Shown: positions 9,056 through 18,040 of the stretch, one piece after another
How positions within the stretch are numbered: the stretch's first letter is position 1
Layout: every line of letters starts with the position of its first letter
Virus record (IMG/VR): IMGVR_UViG_3300036828_000771
Coordinates: 13,590 to 77,589 of that record
Direction: 5' to 3' (one strand)
Origin: a virus
Length of the DNA: 64,000 bases
Made by a program: the position numbers and the translations under genes
Notes under the pieces: generated by a model
What the model was told of the DNA's origin: nothing
The model's input: only the letters and a program-made list of their open reading frames with translations
The model's database searches: none

Positions 9056-10560
9056 TCGACTTCCCGAACAGCCCATCGGACGGCCAGACGTTCCTCGCAC
9101 CGACCGGCGTGCAGTATCGCTGGGTGGCGGCGTCCGGGCTGTGGCTGGCCACCTCGGGCACGACTCCGGGCGGGGATTTTAGCGCGTTAATACCGTCAGG
9201 CTCTAGTTTGACGACGGCCTACACCACGATCCTCTTTAGCGTCATCACTTCGGGGAACAGCGGGAATTGGTACAACCCAGCCAATGGTCGCTTTACGCCC
9301 CCCGCAGGTCGCTACAATTTGTCGGCCGGTTATACTGGTGGCGGTTCTGCACAGTTGAACCTGCAAGTTCGCAAGAACGGAGTTAATATCGTACCTGCGA
9401 TTTCGTATGGGACCGCCGGAGCGTCGCAAGCTGGTGGCGTTGACATCAACATCAACGTGGATGCCAACGGCACTGATTACTTTGACGTGCAAGCATCGGC
9501 GACTGTAGCGGGGCAGATTTTCAGCGGTTATTTCACTGCCTTCCCGCTCTCCGGCATTCAAGGTCCGCCGGGTCCGGTCGGGCCAGCGTCGGCGGGGGAT
9601 TTCTTTGCGGCTGGAACAGGAACAATCCCGACCACGCAAACACCTGTTGCGCTGCCTGTTCTTACTGGAAATTCGGGCGGCTGGTACAACGCAGCCAATG
9701 GTCGGTTTACGCCACCGGCTGGTCGCTACTTTCTGTATGGCGGAGCAACCGCTAGCAGTTCGGCGTCAGGGGGTGTGGCTATTGGCTATCTTCGTAAGAA
9801 CGGCACTGTCTTCAACCAAGCTAGCAGTAACTATTACACAGCCAATGCGGCCTCCGAGATTTCGGTACAGGCGACAGTCGATGCCAATGGCAGCGACTAT
9901 TTTGAGTTCGCCACAGCAGGCAACATCGCTACCAATGTCGCGCAGCAGATGTTCTTTGGTGCCTTCCCCATCACCGGCATTCAAGGTGTGCAGGGTCCGC
10001 CGGGACCGGGCAATGCGTGGCGCATCCTACAGCGGCAGGTGGTGAGCACGGCACAGGCTTTCGTTGAGTTGCAGAGTATCCCGAGCGACATCAACGAGAT
10101 CGAGGTCCACTTCGATCTGCTGCCGGTGACTAACGCGGTCGATCTTTTTTGCGCGTTCTATGGCGCGAATGGCGTGCTCGATGTGACGGCGAACCACTAC
10201 ATCGGGGTCGTCTACGGCCAGACTAATACAGCGTCAGCTAACACCACTGTCGTTTCTGAAGGTTCTAGTGCTAGTGGTTATAGTACTGCTATGGCGTTGA
10301 GCTACGCATCGGCGGGCAACAACATCTCGAATACGGCAGGCTACGGCATCAAGGGACATTTTATGGTCCCCAACATCAAGGGCGCGGCGCAAAAGGATTT
10401 GATGGGGCAGTCCAGCTATATAGTCACTGGCAATACCTTTTGGTGGATGCTCACCGTCGGCGGTTCTCGGCAGGTCGTCGAGGCGATCACCGGGCTCCGT
10501 CTGTTTTTCACCAGTGGCAACATCGCCAGCGGCAGCTTCGAAGTGTGGGGCTCGCCGTGA
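9052..10560 (+). CDS. Receptor-binding/tail fibre protein paralog (two C1q-like modules)
   Basis: ATG 9052 overlaps the upstream stop; same start and end motifs as 7793-9055; RFTPPAGRY module occurs twice. Confidence 0.7.
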   Translation: MIDFPNSPSDGQTFLAPTGVQYRWVAASGLWLATSGTTPGGDFSALIPSGSSLTTAYTTILFSVITSGNSGNWYNPANGRFTPPAGRYNLSAGYTGGGSAQLNLQVRKNGVNIVPAISYGTAGASQAGGVDININVDANGTDYFDVQASATVAGQIFSGYFTAFPLSGIQGPPGPVGPASAGDFFAAGTGTIPTTQTPVALPVLTGNSGGWYNAANGRFTPPAGRYFLYGGATASSSASGGVAIGYLRKNGTVFNQASSNYYTANAASEISVQATVDANGSDYFEFATAGNIATNVAQQMFFGAFPITGIQGVQGPPGPGNAWRILQRQVVSTAQAFVELQSIPSDINEIEVHFDLLPVTNAVDLFCAFYGANGVLDVTANHYIGVVYGQTNTASANTTVVSEGSSASGYSTAMALSYASAGNNISNTAGYGIKGHFMVPNIKGAAQKDLMGQSSYIVTGNTFWWMLTVGGSRQVVEAITGLRLFFTSGNIASGSFEVWGSP

Positions 10561-10569
10561 GGTCAACGC

Positions 10570-10845
10570 ATGAGCGACAGGCCGCCGTTCGACACGCACC
10601 GCTGGGGCTTCATCCTGCTGTTCACCGTGGTCATCATCTACGGCCTCGTGATCCTGTCGGGCATGGGCGCGTGCATCTGGTTCATGGACAGCGTGGTCAG
10701 CGGCAAGTTCAAGTGCGATGCTGACTCTCGACTGGTCGACTTGCTCGCGCAGTTGCTCGCCGCATCGCTCGGCTACGTCGCGGGTCGCATGCCGCCGCCA
10801 GATCAGAAGCCGCCGCGAGATCGAAACAAAGGAGAGACTCCATGA
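10570..10845 (+). CDS. Small two-TM membrane protein, possible holin
   Basis: Two hydrophobic segments and a charged C-terminal tail; end of the late operon. Confidence 0.35.
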   Translation: MSDRPPFDTHRWGFILLFTVVIIYGLVILSGMGACIWFMDSVVSGKFKCDADSRLVDLLAQLLAASLGYVAGRMPPPDQKPPRDRNKGETP

Positions 10846-11177
10846 CGACGACCTACAAGGTACTCGACGCCGAAGGCCCCAAGCTCACGGTCAAGTACAG
10901 CGATGGCACCCGCTCGATGACTCTCGAACGCATGTGGGACGGCAAGGTCCCCATCGACGAGTTCCTTGGCGGGTTCGATCCGCTGCCGCCCGTGGCCACA
11001 GGTCCGGCCGCCGACACCAGCGGGCTCGTCGGCAAGACCGGCACCGCCCAGATGCCGGTCCCCTTGGCCGCGCCGCCGATCACCCCGCCACCGGCAGCGT
11101 CAGCGCCAAATCCGGCCCCCACGGTGCCGCCGGCCGCCGACGCGCCGCCGCCCACCGCCCCGGCTACCTCCCCCTAA
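10842..11177 (+). CDS. Hypothetical protein with Pro/Ala-rich C-terminus
   Basis: RBS GGAGA, ATGA overlap, typical codon usage. Confidence 0.6.
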   Translation: MTTTYKVLDAEGPKLTVKYSDGTRSMTLERMWDGKVPIDEFLGGFDPLPPVATGPAADTSGLVGKTGTAQMPVPLAAPPITPPPAASAPNPAPTVPPAADAPPPTAPATSP

Positions 11178-11362
11178 AGTCGGCCGAGTTACAGGGGGGA
11201 AATCGATTAAATGTCACAGGGTACAGGAACAAACCCGGACTCCGGGAACGGACCCGGAACCTGATTTCCTCGCCAGAGAGCATCCCCTCGGGTGGCACTA
11301 CACCCTCAAGCCTCTGCGAAATTCGCTCAGGCGGCCCTACCGGGGGCCGGGAAACAGCATCT

Positions 11363-11635
11363 TTAGCGCGGCCCGCCTTCTGGTTTGGCGGGCAAGACGC
11401 CGCCGGGACATTTTCTTGCGTCATTGGCGACGATGATCCGGGCGAGGATGACCTCCTGAAACACCGCCAGCCGCTTGCGCAGGTCGGTGATCGTCTTAAG
11501 CGCCTCAGCGAATCCGTCGACCTGCGGCTGAAGCTCCGAGATCGTCGCCCAGTCCTCGCGTTGGAAGGCCTCGTCCCGGGTCGCGGCGAGCTTGTCGCGC
11601 TGGGCCGCCAGCCAGTCGGTGATGTCGGCCATCAC
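11363..11635 (-). CDS. Hypothetical coiled-coil protein
   Basis: Last ORF of the leftward arm. Confidence 0.55.
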   Translation of the reverse strand: MMADITDWLAAQRDKLAATRDEAFQREDWATISELQPQVDGFAEALKTITDLRKRLAVFQEVILARIIVANDARKCPGGVLPAKPEGGPR

Positions 11636-11867
11636 TTACCTCGGCACCAGCGATAGATCATCCATGTCGTCCAGAATGGCAGCACGAGGAGAGTTGCCAC
11701 GGTCATTGCCATGAGGGTTGCGATCCACAAAACGATCTTCACCGTGACCGACATTACATCACTGACCTCCTCCGAGCATCGCCCACCAGCCAAGGCCGAC
11801 AGCGCTGGCGAAGCCGAACGCGATGATGACCCAGAACACGATGGAGTCGCGGCGGGTGGAGTGCAAC

Positions 11868-12194
11868 CTAGGCACCGGGCACGACCTTGATGTCGGCGTG
11901 CGCACCACGCAGATCGGGCAGCCGGAACTCGCCGGGGCGATACGCATCGGCAGGGCCGGGTAGGCTGAGCAGCCGGCGCAGCCATTGCCTGAACGGCGTC
12001 TCGGGCCACAGCGTGTAGCGCAGGCCGATGACCTCGAACAGTTGCGGGTAGTCTTCGCGTCGCACCACCCGGCCGTCGAACACGATCCAGCCTTCAGGCA
12101 GTGGCGAGCCCTCGATAATGGGCATGATCATGCCGATGGGCTGCCCGGGGTCGCTGGCGTTGCCTGCCGGCGTCAAGGTGATGACTGGTTCCAT
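11868..12194 (-). CDS. Stand-alone phage tail-collar domain protein
   Basis: PIGMIM...PEGWIVFDGRVVRREDYPQLFEVIG...FRLPDLRG matches the collars of the fibre genes. Confidence 0.75.
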   Translation of the reverse strand: MEPVITLTPAGNASDPGQPIGMIMPIIEGSPLPEGWIVFDGRVVRREDYPQLFEVIGLRYTLWPETPFRQWLRRLLSLPGPADAYRPGEFRLPDLRGAHADIKVVPGA

Positions 12195-12199
12195 CTGCG

Positions 12200-12439
12200 T
12201 CAGTTCTTCCTCTCGCTGCGGTGATCGGTCACTTCCAGCCCGGGGATGAGGTCCAAGAACTTCTTGGCCAGCGCGTCCTCGGTCGGCCCCACCACGATGA
12301 CGATCTCACCCTCGTAGCCCAGTTCATCGCCGTGGATGTGGATCGGCAGCCCTTCGCGCATCTTGGTGATGTTGATCTCGGACAAGCCGAGCACGATCAG
12401 ATTGCGCCCGTTCGGCCGCGTGCCGCTGAACTTGATCAT
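12200..12439 (-). CDS. Hypothetical protein
   Basis: Tightly packed ORF in the leftward operon. Confidence 0.6.
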   Translation of the reverse strand: MIKFSGTRPNGRNLIVLGLSEINITKMREGLPIHIHGDELGYEGEIVIVVGPTEDALAKKFLDLIPGLEVTDHRSERKN

Positions 12440-12443
12440 GCGA

Positions 12444-12665
12444 CTAGTCCCAGTACAAGGACACGAAGGCTCCCCCGAGCATGGCGCTGAGGCCCGCCAT
12501 GATCGCAGCGGCCTTCCACCAAGTCATGGACAGCGGCTCGACGCCGTCCACCGGCGGAATCAAGCTGCCGTTATCGTAGCAGTTCCTGATGAACTCATCG
12601 GTGAGCGGCGCGAGCGGCGGGTGCTGGTCGCTGGGCTTCCGGCCGTACCAATCATGCCGTAGCAT
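12444..12665 (-). CDS. Hypothetical protein with C-terminal TM helix
   Basis: WWKAAAIMAGLSAMLGGAFVSLYW. Confidence 0.5.
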   Translation of the reverse strand: MLRHDWYGRKPSDQHPPLAPLTDEFIRNCYDNGSLIPPVDGVEPLSMTWWKAAAIMAGLSAMLGGAFVSLYWD

Positions 12666-12906
12666 TTTCGATCTCTTCCTCCAGCGCCTCGACGCTCGAC
12701 TGGCAGCGGTCGATGATTCGACCGTAGAACTCGACGGCCTGCTGCTTGCTCATCAGGGCTGGCGCGCAGTGAGCATCGACTCCATCCATGGCGTCCTCGA
12801 ACGCTTCATCCAAACTCATCGCGATGAACGGCCGCTTGGTCTTCACCCGCGCCTTGGCCACCTTGCGCTTCGCCTTGGCCTTCGCCTTCTTCTTTCCCTT
12901 CGCCAT
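12652..12906 (-). CDS. Hypothetical protein, basic N-terminus and acidic C-terminus
   Basis: RBS GGGGAG; Lys/Ala-rich start. Confidence 0.6.
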   Translation of the reverse strand: MAKGKKKAKAKAKRKVAKARVKTKRPFIAMSLDEAFEDAMDGVDAHCAPALMSKQQAVEFYGRIIDRCQSSVEALEEEIENATA

Positions 12907-12918
12907 GATGTACTCCCC

Positions 12919-13164
12919 TTACTTCCTCGGTGGAATGATGGTGAAGCCGCCGTTGCTGTCCGGCAGGATCGTGGTGCCGTCCGTGCAGCGCACATTGCCG
13001 AAGCTGTCCTTGATGCAGCGGACGTTCTGCGGCGGCGGCGGGCGGCGTACCTCCGGCACCGGCTGGCGCGGTTGCTGGGCGTGCGCCGCGTTCACGCACT
13101 CGCCGAGGCCGAAGCCGATGAGCGCCACCACGGCAGCCAATAGAGCGGCGCGGATCATCGGCAT
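12919..13164 (-). CDS. Small exported protein
   Basis: Signal-peptide-like MIRAALLAAVVALIG...AHA; CIKDSFGNVRC hairpin. Confidence 0.5.
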   Translation of the reverse strand: MPMIRAALLAAVVALIGFGLGECVNAAHAQQPRQPVPEVRRPPPPQNVRCIKDSFGNVRCTDGTTILPDSNGGFTIIPPRK

Positions 13165-13595
13165 CAGTTGGGTCTCTTCAGCCGGGTGAGATCGCCATCG
13201 AGCGGCTCGATGAACTCGACGATCAGCGCACCGTCCTCGGTGCGCGAAGTCCACGACGGCAGATTCTCCAACGGGTGCTTGAAGCCGAACTCCTGAAGGA
13301 TCACCTGCACCGCTACCGGGTTCGGGCCGAAGCCGGGCTGCGCGTCCTCGACGCTGATGCTGATGTGCGCGCACACGCAGTCCTCGCGCTGCTTCTCCTG
13401 CGTATAGGTCACATGGAAGCCGCGCGGGATCGTGATCGTGAAGGCGTTGTTGGCGTCGTCGGTCTCGACGCCGGCCGCGCGCCGCTCACCACCAGCGCGC
13501 ACGGCCTCCAGCGGTGTGATGTGGCGGCTGGCCTTGTCGATCAGGTGGCTGATGCGCAGGCGAGCGCCGTCGTCGATCAGGAGCGCGCGGGTCAT
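13164..13595 (-). CDS. Hypothetical protein
   Basis: Start MTRALLID; packed between neighbours. Confidence 0.6.
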   Translation of the reverse strand: MTRALLIDDGARLRISHLIDKASRHITPLEAVRAGGERRAAGVETDDANNAFTITIPRGFHVTYTQEKQREDCVCAHISISVEDAQPGFGPNPVAVQVILQEFGFKHPLENLPSWTSRTEDGALIVEFIEPLDGDLTRLKRPN

Positions 13596-13942
13596 CACAG
13601 CGGCTCCGTCAGGCGTTCGCTGATCTTCTTCTCGGTGGTCTCGCCGAGGATATGCTGCACGTCGACCACGTCGCCGTCCTGAAGCTCGTGCCAGTGCTCG
13701 TAGATGTAGTTGTGCGCCGTTGCATAGGTGCGCGCGTTGCCGCGCCAGCCATACGGGTCGTTCCAGATGGGAGCGCCTGACAGGTCGAGATGCGTCATGG
13801 CGACGTTCGGCCGACCGTCGAGCGGGAAGCCCAAGCGGCGCAGGTAGTAGCGCTGGGCCTCGTTCGCCGGGTCGTTCATGTTCACGCAGAGGACGGGGAC
13901 GCACGTCGCCTCGTCCCTGATCTCCAGAATCTTGATGTCCAT
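13595..13942 (-). CDS. Hypothetical phage protein
   Basis: MDIKILEIRD...DPYGW...LQDGDVVDV; typical codon usage. Confidence 0.65.
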   Translation of the reverse strand: MDIKILEIRDEATCVPVLCVNMNDPANEAQRYYLRRLGFPLDGRPNVAMTHLDLSGAPIWNDPYGWRGNARTYATAHNYIYEHWHELQDGDVVDVQHILGETTEKKISERLTEPL

Positions 13943-13944
13943 GT

Positions 13945-14292
13945 TCAGTGCTTCTTCTCGGTAGGAGGAGTTTCGGCCTGCCCTTCCATGAGGGCGATCA
14001 TCGGCCCGGCGATCATCGAGCCGTACAGCCGGCAGATGTCGTCCCTGAGCGCCATCATCAGGTCGAGCGGCACGTCGATGTCCGCGCCGTCCTTGTCCTT
14101 CAGGGCGTGAATCTGCTTGGCCAGCATGTGCCGCAGCATGTGCTCGTCGCGCGAGCGCGGCGGCTTGGTGGGATCGCCGGGCTGCACGGCGGCGTTGATC
14201 AGCACGAGCCCCACCGTCCAGATGGTCTTGCCGTCCGGCGTCCGCATCGGCTGGCCGTCGAAGTCGACCAGCGTCTTGTTCTTCACGATCAT
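13945..14292 (-). CDS. Hypothetical protein
   Basis: Overlapping start/stop with neighbours. Confidence 0.6.
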   Translation of the reverse strand: MIVKNKTLVDFDGQPMRTPDGKTIWTVGLVLINAAVQPGDPTKPPRSRDEHMLRHMLAKQIHALKDKDGADIDVPLDLMMALRDDICRLYGSMIAGPMIALMEGQAETPPTEKKH

Positions 14293-14624
14293 GCCGCAAG
14301 CCTTTCCGCCGCGCGCTGCTGTGCACGCTGTGCGGCGCGCTCCTCCTTCTCGACCTCGGCGACCTTGACGTTCAGATCGTTCTGCACGCCAGCAACGATG
14401 TCGGCGTGCTTGTCGAGCTTGTCCTTCAGCATCCGCCAGTAGTCGCGCTGGAACGTCGACTTGCCGGCGACCCAGCGGCGGCTGGTGCGCAGGTTGACCT
14501 TGAGCGACCGCCCGAGGTCGGACTTCCAGCGCTTGCCGAAGATAGCCTTCCCCACCCGCGTCAGAAGTTGGATGTCGGCACGCTTACTCATTTCGGAATC
14601 CTTGTCGTTCATCAGAGGGTACAT
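14289..14624 (-). CDS. HTH DNA-binding protein, candidate repressor
   Basis: FGKRWKSDLGRSLKVNLRTSRRWVAG HTH plus coiled coil; a palindromic operator abuts the 5' end. Confidence 0.65.
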   Translation of the reverse strand: MYPLMNDKDSEMSKRADIQLLTRVGKAIFGKRWKSDLGRSLKVNLRTSRRWVAGKSTFQRDYWRMLKDKLDKHADIVAGVQNDLNVKVAEVEKEERAAQRAQQRAAERLAA

Positions 14625-14640
14625 GCCCTAATATAAGGCT
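14625..14640. promoter_or_regulatory. Operator-like palindrome GCCCT-AATATA-AGGCT
   Basis: Near match to the genome-wide GYCCT-N6-AGGRC consensus. Confidence 0.55.
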
Positions 14641-14688
14641 CCCGCTGCCCTGTAAACAGGGCCGCCGTGCTGATGAGCCGCATTTTCT

Positions 14689-15222
14689 CTACGCGACCTT
14701 GGCGACAGCCAGAGCCTGCTTCGCCTCGGTCAGTGCCCGGCGCAGCTTCGCCTTGATCTCGGCGAAGTAGGCGCAGCGCACTTCGGCGCGCACCAGCATC
14801 AGCGACCGGCCGAGGTTGTTCGCGCCGACACCGTTGCAGACTCCCCAGCAGGTGTCGTTCCACGTATTGCCCTCGATCAGGTGGGCCTCGTCGGTCGACA
14901 TCAGCTTGCCAGCCAGTTCGGCATCGCTGAACTTGATGCGCAGCAGGTCGATCATGATGTCGTACTTCACGGTCTCCCAGTCGCGGCGCAATGCGATGCC
15001 GAAGCGGTCGAACTGCCGGGCCTGTCCCAGCCACTTCGCCTGACCCGGCGTTTCGGCGAGGCGGATTTTCTGCTGGTAGTTCGTGTCGTGCGTCTTCGCC
15101 GCCTGATAGGCGTGCTCGGTCGTTGGCCAAAGCTGGCCCCGCCATTCGATGCGGTGCAGGTAGAAGTTCGACAGCCACTCGTAGGGCGGGGCGTCGAAGT
15201 AATCGATGGTCTTCTCAGTCAT
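14689..15222 (-). CDS. NADAR (YbiA-like) family N-glycosidase/ADP-ribosylhydrolase
   Basis: WLSNFY, WPTTEHAYQAAK, KF, LIEGNTWNDTCWG and GANNLGRSLM motifs. Confidence 0.9.
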   Translation of the reverse strand: MTEKTIDYFDAPPYEWLSNFYLHRIEWRGQLWPTTEHAYQAAKTHDTNYQQKIRLAETPGQAKWLGQARQFDRFGIALRRDWETVKYDIMIDLLRIKFSDAELAGKLMSTDEAHLIEGNTWNDTCWGVCNGVGANNLGRSLMLVRAEVRCAYFAEIKAKLRRALTEAKQALAVAKVA

Positions 15223-15236
15223 TGTCTTGTCCTTTT

Positions 15237-15563
15237 TCAAATGTCGTCCATGAACTCGTTGTCGCCGAACAGCACCACGACCGGACCGGCGAGCCAGTCG
15301 TCGATGGGATGCGGCAAGCCGCGCTGCCACACCGTGGTCGCCACGACGTTGAGCCGCAGCCCCTTGTTCTTGCCGTCCTCGTCGCAGAACGCGACACAGC
15401 GGTGCACTGCGCCGCCGAGACTGATCTTGTCGAAGTAGGGCACGATCTCCAGCGAGCCGCCGTCGAGCCCGCCCTTGATGATGTCGAGTTCCGGTCGGCC
15501 GTCGATGTCGACGCGCTTTGTCGCGAAGCTCGCCGGATAGATCACCAGCATAGTGCCCTTCAT
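15237..15563 (-). CDS. DUF3846-like protein
   Basis: GGSLEIV...CDEDGKNKGLRLN..AT...LAGPVVV. Confidence 0.65.
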   Translation of the reverse strand: MKGTMLVIYPASFATKRVDIDGRPELDIIKGGLDGGSLEIVPYFDKISLGGAVHRCVAFCDEDGKNKGLRLNVVATTVWQRGLPHPIDDWLAGPVVVLFGDNEFMDDI

Positions 15564-16822
15564 GGAATCCTCGCTTGGTGGTCGAGCTTGACCACGTAAT
15601 CCTTTTTCACCCATCCTAAGCTGGCATCGCCTCGGACGTGCTCGTGGATGAACCGGCCGTAGGCCATGCACTTGCCGCACAGGCGATAGCCGTCGACATG
15701 GTCGTACTCCCAGTCGTGCTGCTCGGCCGCGCAGTGCTGCTCGTGCAGGTACGTGCGCCAGTGGCCACGCACCTCGTGCGCCCGGTGCTTGCGCTCGACG
15801 TTACTGAGGTAGCGTTCGAGGTACGGGATCGGCCTCGTCTTCGGCAGCCGCAGCGTGCACTTGTGGTAGTCGACGAAGTTGTGGCGCGTCGCACCGGCAC
15901 GCATCGAGTGACTGGGCTGGATGTGATCGGTGCGCACCGGCACTTCGTTCAGCATCCCGAGCGCCGCGACCAGCCAGCGAATCTGGCCCATGAACTCGCG
16001 GGCCTCGATGACCGTCGCCCGATTCAGATTGTCTTCCTGTCCGCGATGGACGAACACGTCGAAGAACGAGGCATGCAATCGGCTGAGGCCCAGAACACCA
16101 TGGCGTTCCAGAAAGACCGGCGTCTTCAGTCCTCGCGGATCGAGAAGCTCGCTGACGCTGCCAGCCCTCTTGCGTGTCTCCAGCTTGCCGTCAGCGTAGC
16201 CCCACAGGGCCGCCGTCCGCAGGAAGGCAGGAAGGCTGGGAGAGAATGGCGTACAACCGAAATGGTCGGTGGTGAAGTCGCGCTCGACCGTCGAGAAGAA
16301 GTAGGACACCTGATGCGGCAGCACTCCGTTCGCGATCTCGCTGACCAGCGAGCACACCGCGTCGGTGTCGTTGATCCGCTGGATCAGCATCCCGAGTCTC
16401 GGCGGAACATCGCTCAGGTCTGATGGGGTGCCCGCGATCTCATTCGCGACGCGCACCTTCACCCGGCAATCGAACTCGATCCACGTCGTCTCGTAGGGCA
16501 GCGTGGCGTACTGCAATCGCGCGAGCGTCTTCTCCGCCGTGGCAGCGGCCATGCGGGTGACGTACTCGGTGAACTCGTTGTCGAGCACGAAGCGGTGGGC
16601 CTTGCGCATGTCGATGCGGTACTGCAACAGCGCGGCCTCGGCCTGCCTCTTGTATCGCCCGGGCATCCCGATGAAGGGAGTAGGCAGCTTGTAGGTGGCG
16701 GCCATGAACTGGTCGGCCAGCGTCGGCTCCTCCTTCCCCATGTTGCCGAGGATGTGCGAAGCAACCGCCAAGGCTGGCGATTGCTTGAACAGTTCTTTAT
16801 CGATTGGCAGAGGCGGCTTCAT
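15560..16822 (-). CDS. Conserved phage protein with C-terminal HxVRGHWR motif
   Basis: RAHEVRGHWR...CGKC...HEHVRGD; probable start ATG 16822 just downstream of a promoter. Confidence 0.7.
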   Translation of the reverse strand: MKPPLPIDKELFKQSPALAVASHILGNMGKEEPTLADQFMAATYKLPTPFIGMPGRYKRQAEAALLQYRIDMRKAHRFVLDNEFTEYVTRMAAATAEKTLARLQYATLPYETTWIEFDCRVKVRVANEIAGTPSDLSDVPPRLGMLIQRINDTDAVCSLVSEIANGVLPHQVSYFFSTVERDFTTDHFGCTPFSPSLPAFLRTAALWGYADGKLETRKRAGSVSELLDPRGLKTPVFLERHGVLGLSRLHASFFDVFVHRGQEDNLNRATVIEAREFMGQIRWLVAALGMLNEVPVRTDHIQPSHSMRAGATRHNFVDYHKCTLRLPKTRPIPYLERYLSNVERKHRAHEVRGHWRTYLHEQHCAAEQHDWEYDHVDGYRLCGKCMAYGRFIHEHVRGDASLGWVKKDYVVKLDHQARIP

Positions 16823-16823
16823 G

Positions 16824-16860
16824 ATGTCCCTAATATAGGGCACCCTATATTAGTTCTCAA
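16824..16860 (-). promoter_or_regulatory. Leftward sigma70-type promoter overlapped by operator/inverted repeat
   Basis: Minus strand TTGAGA-N17-TATATT; perfect 11-bp inverted repeat 16830-16853. Confidence 0.6.
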
Positions 16861-16871
16861 GGGCTCGTCGC

Positions 16872-17261
16872 TCATGGCGACACTATCCCCAGCGCCATCG
16901 CGAAGAACCATCCGACCGGCAGGAGCACGATCAGGCTCACCGCGATGAGAGCAAGGCTGCCGGTGCTGGCGGCGGGCGACGGCGGGACCACCACCGCCTT
17001 GCCACCAGAAGCCGCCACGGCGGCCAGAAGCTCGCGGTGCTGTTGGTCGCGCTTGGCGACCTCGGCGTTGGTCTCACCCGAGCACGCCCAGATGAAGGCG
17101 ATGAACCAGCCGATCAGAGTCCAGCCGAGGCACAGGTTGACGAAGAACACGCCAGTCGTGCCGTTGGCCTTGCCGCGCACCGTCGCGATGACGGTCGGCA
17201 GGAAGTAGCAGGCCAGCGCGATCAGAATCAGGATCAGGCCGCCCGTTGCGTCGGCGTTCAT
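16872..17261 (-). CDS. imm: Superinfection immunity protein (T4 Imm-like family)
   Basis: YFLPTVIA..RG...VFFVNLCLGWTLIGWFIAFIWA signature. Confidence 0.85.
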   Translation of the reverse strand: MNADATGGLILILIALACYFLPTVIATVRGKANGTTGVFFVNLCLGWTLIGWFIAFIWACSGETNAEVAKRDQQHRELLAAVAASGGKAVVVPPSPAASTGSLALIAVSLIVLLPVGWFFAMALGIVSP

Positions 17262-17586
17262 GGCCGGCTCCACGCGCTCAGGTCGGCCGGCAAGTTGAGC
17301 GAGTCAAACCCCGCAGGCATGCTGCCATGGTAGCTGCTGATAGCAGCCGCCAGCGCCACGACAGCGACAGCGACAGCAAGAAAGGTCAGAAACGCGCGCC
17401 CTTCTACGCGCTTGTTGTAAAACACAGGTCTCTCCAGTTGACAGTTAATGGGCGGAATTGCCCTTCGACTCCGTGCGAGCACCGCACGGTTCAGCGCCTC
17501 GACCGAGCCTTGCCCGAAGTCCGGGTGCGGTTCGGTCGCGCGGTCCTGACGTGCCCGAATCTCGGCCATCACTTCGTCGATCTTTT

Positions 17587-17952
17587 TCACGCAGCGGCCT
17601 GCCAAGCGTCGGCAAGGTTGCTGCTCGATGGCGCGAGAATGTTGTACCAGTCACACTCATAGACACGCTCGCGCTCAGCGTCGGGGTCGACGCCGGGCGG
17701 CATGTAGCCCGGGCGGCCCGTCTCTCTGGCGACCACCAGACAGTTGAGCAGCGGCAGGTCGTTCTGCTGGCAGTATTGCAGGATGCAGCCAAGGATTTCG
17801 TCGAGCACGCCATGGCTGCGGCGGTGGAACATCAACTCGCCCAGTTGGGCGTAGGTGATGGTCTGTCGGTTCATGCCGTGTCCAATGAGGATTTGCCACG
17901 CCTGAACGGCCCGCACGGGCCGCACGCTGCTCGGATTGAAACGTACACTCAT
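17587..17952 (-). CDS. Winged-helix-like hypothetical protein
   Basis: ITYAQLGELM...LGCILQYC...LPLLNCLVV..TGRPG pattern. Confidence 0.55.
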   Translation of the reverse strand: MSVRFNPSSVRPVRAVQAWQILIGHGMNRQTITYAQLGELMFHRRSHGVLDEILGCILQYCQQNDLPLLNCLVVARETGRPGYMPPGVDPDAERERVYECDWYNILAPSSSNLADAWQAAA

Positions 17953-17985
17953 CTCGACACTCCCTTTCTATCGGGCGGAATTGCC

Positions 17986-18040
17986 CTTCGACTCCTAAAG
18001 CCCGCGCCAGCTTTTCAGGGCTGGGCGGGCTGGTAGGGCG
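17986..18040 (-). repeat. Bulged leader hairpin, copy 1
   Basis: AGCCCGC-g-CCAGC-loop-GCTGG-GCGGGCT preceded by CTTCGACTCC on the + strand. Confidence 0.6.

Noticed and set aside
7793-10560. Diversity-generating retroelement acting on the paralogous fibre genes
   Set aside because: No reverse transcriptase in the window; differences between the paralog 3' ends are not adenine-specific; no non-coding template repeat seen
4753-12194. Invertible tail-fibre cassette using the opposite-strand collar gene
   Set aside because: No invertase and no long inverted crossover repeats recognised; the orphan collar lacks an alternative tip
17258-17605. 115-aa minus-strand ORF upstream of imm
   Set aside because: Runs through a repeat, hairpin and AT-rich regulatory-looking DNA with atypical composition; coding status unsupported
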